Origin: Candidatus Omnitrophota bacterium | Lineage (GTDB): Bacteria; Omnitrophota; Gorgyraeia; Tantalellales; Tantalellaceae | NCBI GenBank assembly: GCA_030631915.1 | Contig: DAOVKF010000002.1 | Coordinates: forward strand, 1-38,348 | Length of the DNA: 38,348 bases | Reading direction: 5' to 3' | Shown: piece after piece, positions 35,544 through 38,348 of the stretch | How positions within the stretch are numbered: position 1 is the first letter of the stretch | Layout of the letters: every line of letters starts with the position of its first letter | Position numbers and translations under genes: made by a program | The notes under the pieces: generated by a model | The model's input: only the letters and a program-made list of their open reading frames with translations | Told to the model about the DNA's origin: nothing | The model's database searches: none

Positions 35544-36478
35544 TACAGGATATCTCTTATGTGGTATATCGTCTTATTCTGGGATTCGTAATAGGTGCGG
35601 ATATTTATCTCTCCGAGGAAACCCATGGAGATCAGCTGCACGCTCACAAGAAAGAAAAGCACACAGAGTATCAGCAGGGGGTTTCCGCTCATGTCCGTGT
35701 GCTTTACGAGTTTCATGTAAACGACGAGCAGAAAACTGAGGAACCCCAGACTTCCGCTGATGATCCCCATGCCCCCGAAGAACCGTATGGGTTTTGTGCT
35801 GTACTCGGAAAGGAACGCGATAAGCAGAAGGTCGAGCAGCACTTTTATCGTGCGGTTCAACCCGTATCCGGTCTTGCCGTATTGCCGCGGCCTGTGGTTT
35901 ACCTCGAGCTCGGTTATCCTGGCGCCTTTCCAGCAGGCGATAGCCGGGATAAAGCGGTGCATTTCGCCGTAAAGCCGCAGGTTCTTTATGACGTCGCGTT
36001 TATAAGCCTTTAACGTGCAGCCGTAGTCGTGCAGCGGGACCTTCAGTGTGACCGATATAAGCCAGTTGGCCAGTCTTGAAGGAACGACCCTCCGCAGGAA
36101 GGCGTCTTTCCGCTTTCTGCGCCATCCGCTGACAAGATCAAAGCCGGAATCAAGTTTTTCTATGAGCGCAGGGATGTCACGCGGGTCATTCTGCATGTCC
36201 CCGTCCATTGTGATGACGATATCCCCCCCGGCCATGTCGAATCCGGCCATGATAGCGGGTGTCTGCCCAAAATTCCTGTTAAGGTCGATTATTTTCAGGT
36301 GCGGGGCTGATTGTTTTATTCCGGTAAGCTCCTGCAGCGTGTTATCCGTACTGCCGTCATTGATAAAAATGACTTCATAGGATCTGCCGTATTTACCCAG
36401 GACCTCACTGATCTCATCACAGAGAGGGCGGATATTCTTTTCCTCGTTATAGACCGGTATTATGACGCTTATTTCCAT
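35543..36478 (-). CDS. polyprenyl-phosphate glycosyltransferase (GtrB/ArnC/DPM1-like GT2 with a C-terminal TM pair)
   Basis: ISVIIPVYNEEKNI, VIFINDGSTDNT and VITMDGDMQNDP are present, with two C-terminal TM helices and ...GEINIRTYYES. The start is set to ATG 36478, which follows GGAAGG. The stop overlaps the GT4 ATG by 1 nt (TAATG). Confidence 0.85.
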   Translation of the reverse strand: MEISVIIPVYNEEKNIRPLCDEISEVLGKYGRSYEVIFINDGSTDNTLQELTGIKQSAPHLKIIDLNRNFGQTPAIMAGFDMAGGDIVITMDGDMQNDPRDIPALIEKLDSGFDLVSGWRRKRKDAFLRRVVPSRLANWLISVTLKVPLHDYGCTLKAYKRDVIKNLRLYGEMHRFIPAIACWKGARITELEVNHRPRQYGKTGYGLNRTIKVLLDLLLIAFLSEYSTKPIRFFGGMGIISGSLGFLSFLLVVYMKLVKHTDMSGNPLLILCVLFFLVSVQLISMGFLGEINIRTYYESQNKTIYHIRDIL

Positions 36479-36595
36479 AAAATGCCTTCCCGGGTTCAAT
36501 ACGGATAAAGCGTAGCATATGTTAACCAAAAAAGCAAGATAGCCCGAAACGTCATTCCTGCGCAAGCAGGGACCCATAAAAGGATCCCTTTTGAT

Positions 36596-36624
36596 TTGTT
36601 AAGTCAGGGTCCCCGATATATAAT
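36596..36624 (+). promoter_or_regulatory. candidate promoter for the divergent GT2 gene; it implies a near-leaderless mRNA
   Basis: TTGTTA (36596-36601), a 17-nt spacer, then a perfect TATAAT (36619-36624). ATG 36635 lies only 10 nt past the -10, and there is no SD. Confidence 0.4.
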
Positions 36625-36634
36625 ATATTATAAG

Positions 36635-37684
36635 ATGAAGGAAAAAGTCACTGTCTGTGTGATCACGTTTAACAGCGTCAAATATCTGTCCGCTCTGCTG
36701 GACAGTATCCGGGATTCGACATTCAGGGAATTCCGCCTGTTATTCATAGATAACGGCTCCACGGACGGCACAATGGATTATCTTGAAAAAGACCGGTCAG
36801 AAAAAGAGGTCATCAGCCTGCCCGAAAATACAGGCCACAGCCACGCCGCCAATTTAGCGTTAAAAAAATGCAGGACCCGGTATCTGATATTGCTGGACCA
36901 CGATACGATCGTTGACAGGGACTTGTTCAGGGGTCTTTATCTGGAAGCAGGGCGGGAACAGAACACCGATTTCGCGGTCTTCGCGCCGAAGATCATAGAC
37001 AGGGCAAGGGACGAGGTCTATTACGGCGGAGAGTTCCATTATATCGGAAAGACACATACCAATCGTGAAAGACCGGAGGGCGCGGAAGTGGGCATGATCG
37101 GATCCACCGCTCCGCTCCTGGACCTGAGCAGGATCCCTCCGGATCTGGCCTTTGACGACGATTTTTTCATATACTGGAACGACGCCGATTTTTTTTACAG
37201 GTTAAGGGCGGCCGGGAAGAAGATAAAACTGGTCCCGGAAGCTCTCGTTTATCACCTGGGCGGCACAGAGGATTATTCTCACCGCCGCGGGGTGAAATAC
37301 AGCCCGATAAGGGCGTTCTATGTTATGCGGAACCACAGGTTATTTGTGATCAAGAACTATAGTCCGGCGAGCATATTGATCTTCCTCCCCTGTTTTTTGT
37401 TGTATGAATTGTTCAATCTCATGTTCTGTATAAGAAAACGGGTTTTCATAAAAGGCTACTTGCGTTCCGTGGCCGGCACGGCCGGACTGTTCTTTTCAAC
37501 GATGATGAAAAGGTCCGCCTTCCAGAAGACGAGAAAGATCGGGGAAAAGGACCTGGTGGGATGGTACAGGCTGGATTACAACCCCGGAGTGGTGAGCACG
37601 GACCTTGAAGATCTTCTTGTGAGGATCTTTGACCGGGTATTGAGGACATATTATCTTCTGGTAAAAGCCATTTTCTGGAGGTGA
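36635..37684 (+). CDS. GT2-family glycosyltransferase
   Basis: VTVCVITFNSVKYLSALLDSI, FIDNGSTDGT and LDHDTIV are present, and the C-terminal part is hydrophobic. Confidence 0.8.
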   Translation: MKEKVTVCVITFNSVKYLSALLDSIRDSTFREFRLLFIDNGSTDGTMDYLEKDRSEKEVISLPENTGHSHAANLALKKCRTRYLILLDHDTIVDRDLFRGLYLEAGREQNTDFAVFAPKIIDRARDEVYYGGEFHYIGKTHTNRERPEGAEVGMIGSTAPLLDLSRIPPDLAFDDDFFIYWNDADFFYRLRAAGKKIKLVPEALVYHLGGTEDYSHRRGVKYSPIRAFYVMRNHRLFVIKNYSPASILIFLPCFLLYELFNLMFCIRKRVFIKGYLRSVAGTAGLFFSTMMKRSAFQKTRKIGEKDLVGWYRLDYNPGVVSTDLEDLLVRIFDRVLRTYYLLVKAIFWR

Positions 37685-37774
37685 TCCGTACCGGCTGCCG
37701 GCGCCCGGACAATCCCGGATGTTACCGGACCGGAGCGAAAAAACCGCTTATTTTTAATAAAATCCAAAAAAATA

Positions 37775-37803
37775 TCGACAAACGCGTTTCTTTAGTGTAA
37801 AAT
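37775..37803 (+). promoter_or_regulatory. sigma70-type promoter with extended -10, for the receiver gene
   Basis: TCGACA (37775-37780), a 17-nt spacer, then TGtTAAAAT (-10 hexamer at 37798-37803). Confidence 0.5.
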
Positions 37804-37817
37804 TACTGTAAAATTAC
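37796..37817. repeat. exact tandem 11-nt direct repeat TGTAAAATTAC x2
   Basis: Read directly from the sequence. Copy 1 covers the -10 hexamer. Copy 2 ends at the SD AGGAG. Each unit contains the dyad GTAA..TTAC. Confidence 0.85.
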
Positions 37818-37829
37818 AGGAGCGGGGAA

Positions 37830-38210
37830 ATGGCTAAAGAGCACCGGATATTGATAGTGGATGACAATAAGGATTTCGCTGATGTTTTTTGCGACATCTT
37901 GAAAGCGAATGACTATATGGTGGAAAGCTGTTACGGCGGGGCTGAGGCCATAGAGAAAATGAAAAAAGGCGCTTTCAACATAATGTTCCTGGATATCAGG
38001 ATGCCGGAGATAGACGGCATCCAGACCTTAAAGGAAGTAATGAGAATACAGCCGGACACCACCGTTATAATGATGACGGGATATTCCGTAGATGAACTTG
38101 TCCATAAAGCCCTTGAAGAAAGGGCGTCCGACATAATATACAAACCTTTCGAGATCGATAAAGTATTAAGCCTGATACAGGGCAGTCGACTCCCCGGAAC
38201 CGCCGGATAA
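37830..38210 (+). CDS. single-domain CheY-like response regulator receiver
   Basis: ILIVDDN, the phospho-acceptor context FLDIRMPEIDG, VIMMTGY and the conserved Lys in YKPF are present. At 126 aa there is no output domain. Confidence 0.9.
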   Translation: MAKEHRILIVDDNKDFADVFCDILKANDYMVESCYGGAEAIEKMKKGAFNIMFLDIRMPEIDGIQTLKEVMRIQPDTTVIMMTGYSVDELVHKALEERASDIIYKPFEIDKVLSLIQGSRLPGTAG

Positions 38211-38348
38211 AAGCCAGCTGAGAACGGACCTCTTGATATAACAGTTTTTTCAGGCGTAAAGATGTTTTCCTCAGAGATAACACAAGGGACTGTCAGCCGG
38301 TGTTCCTCCCGAAATACCGGTTCCCGCTTCCGAAATATCCTATTTCGC

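Noticed and set aside
36555-36572. A hairpin TTCCTGC-GCAA-GCAGGGA in the divergent GT2 intergenic region. The sequence cgtcattcctgcgcaagcagg resembles the REP-like palindromes that translate as VIPA.AG in many genomes.
   Set aside because: There is only a single copy in 38 kb, the stem is short and includes a wobble pair, and no flanking repeat structure is present. Whether it belongs to a dispersed repeat family cannot be judged without the rest of the genome.
1-38348. Search for CRISPR arrays, tRNA/rRNA genes, transposases, integrases and phage genes.
   Set aside because: No spaced direct-repeat array longer than two units is present. No intergenic gap is large enough to hold a tRNA or rRNA apart from 17637-17991, which has no cloverleaf-like arms. 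No DDE, tyrosine or serine recombinase motifs appear in any ORF.
37931-38348. A minus-strand reading frame stays open from the window end across the whole receiver gene. A short plus-strand ORF also starts at ATG 38262 and runs to the window edge.
   Set aside because: The antisense frame has no start codon before 38143 and lies opposite a receiver domain with all conserved residues. The 29-codon plus-strand fragment is too short and featureless to call.

Overview
This is a 38.3-kb, densely coding bacterial chromosomal segment. I can support 35 CDS. I found no rRNA, tRNA, CRISPR array, transposase or integrase. Positions 1 to about 23.9 kb carry mostly core, anaerobe-style metabolism: the 3' part of pyruvate:ferredoxin oxidoreductase, a DUF72 gene, lipoyl synthase, a GH65 phosphorylase plus GT4 pair, and a complete glycine-cleavage set (gcvT-gcvH-gcvPA-gcvPB) followed by a lipoate-protein-ligase-family gene. 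After these come GTP-PEPCK translationally coupled to purC, Sua5/TsaC, a GHL10/YddW-like lipoprotein, an A/T-rich monocistronic gene for a secreted protein with a PEP-CTERM-like tail, thyX, apt, a membrane pyrophosphatase and an SBP-domain histidine kinase. From about 24 kb to 37.7 kb the window becomes an envelope region. A co-directional plus-strand array encodes a membrane hydrolase-like protein, an NTase-fold protein with a degenerate metal motif, TPM, LemA, an IspD/TarI-family cytidylyltransferase, a Wzx flippase, a LicC-like nucleotidyltransferase, a TagF-like phosphotransferase, a GT2 and a GT4. It converges, through a shared CTAG stop, on a tightly coupled minus-strand operon (GtrB/ArnC-like GT2, GT4, and a GT-C membrane protein with an N-terminal helix-turn-helix). 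A divergent GT2 and a stand-alone CheY-like receiver follow. The best candidate for something undescribed is this teichoic-acid-style phospho-alcohol glycopolymer locus and its HTH-fused GT-C enzyme. Secondary leads are the PEP-CTERM-like protein, the degenerate NTase/TPM/LemA module, and three short exact or near-exact tandem repeats placed on promoters. All functional calls come from motif recognition by eye. No database search was run.
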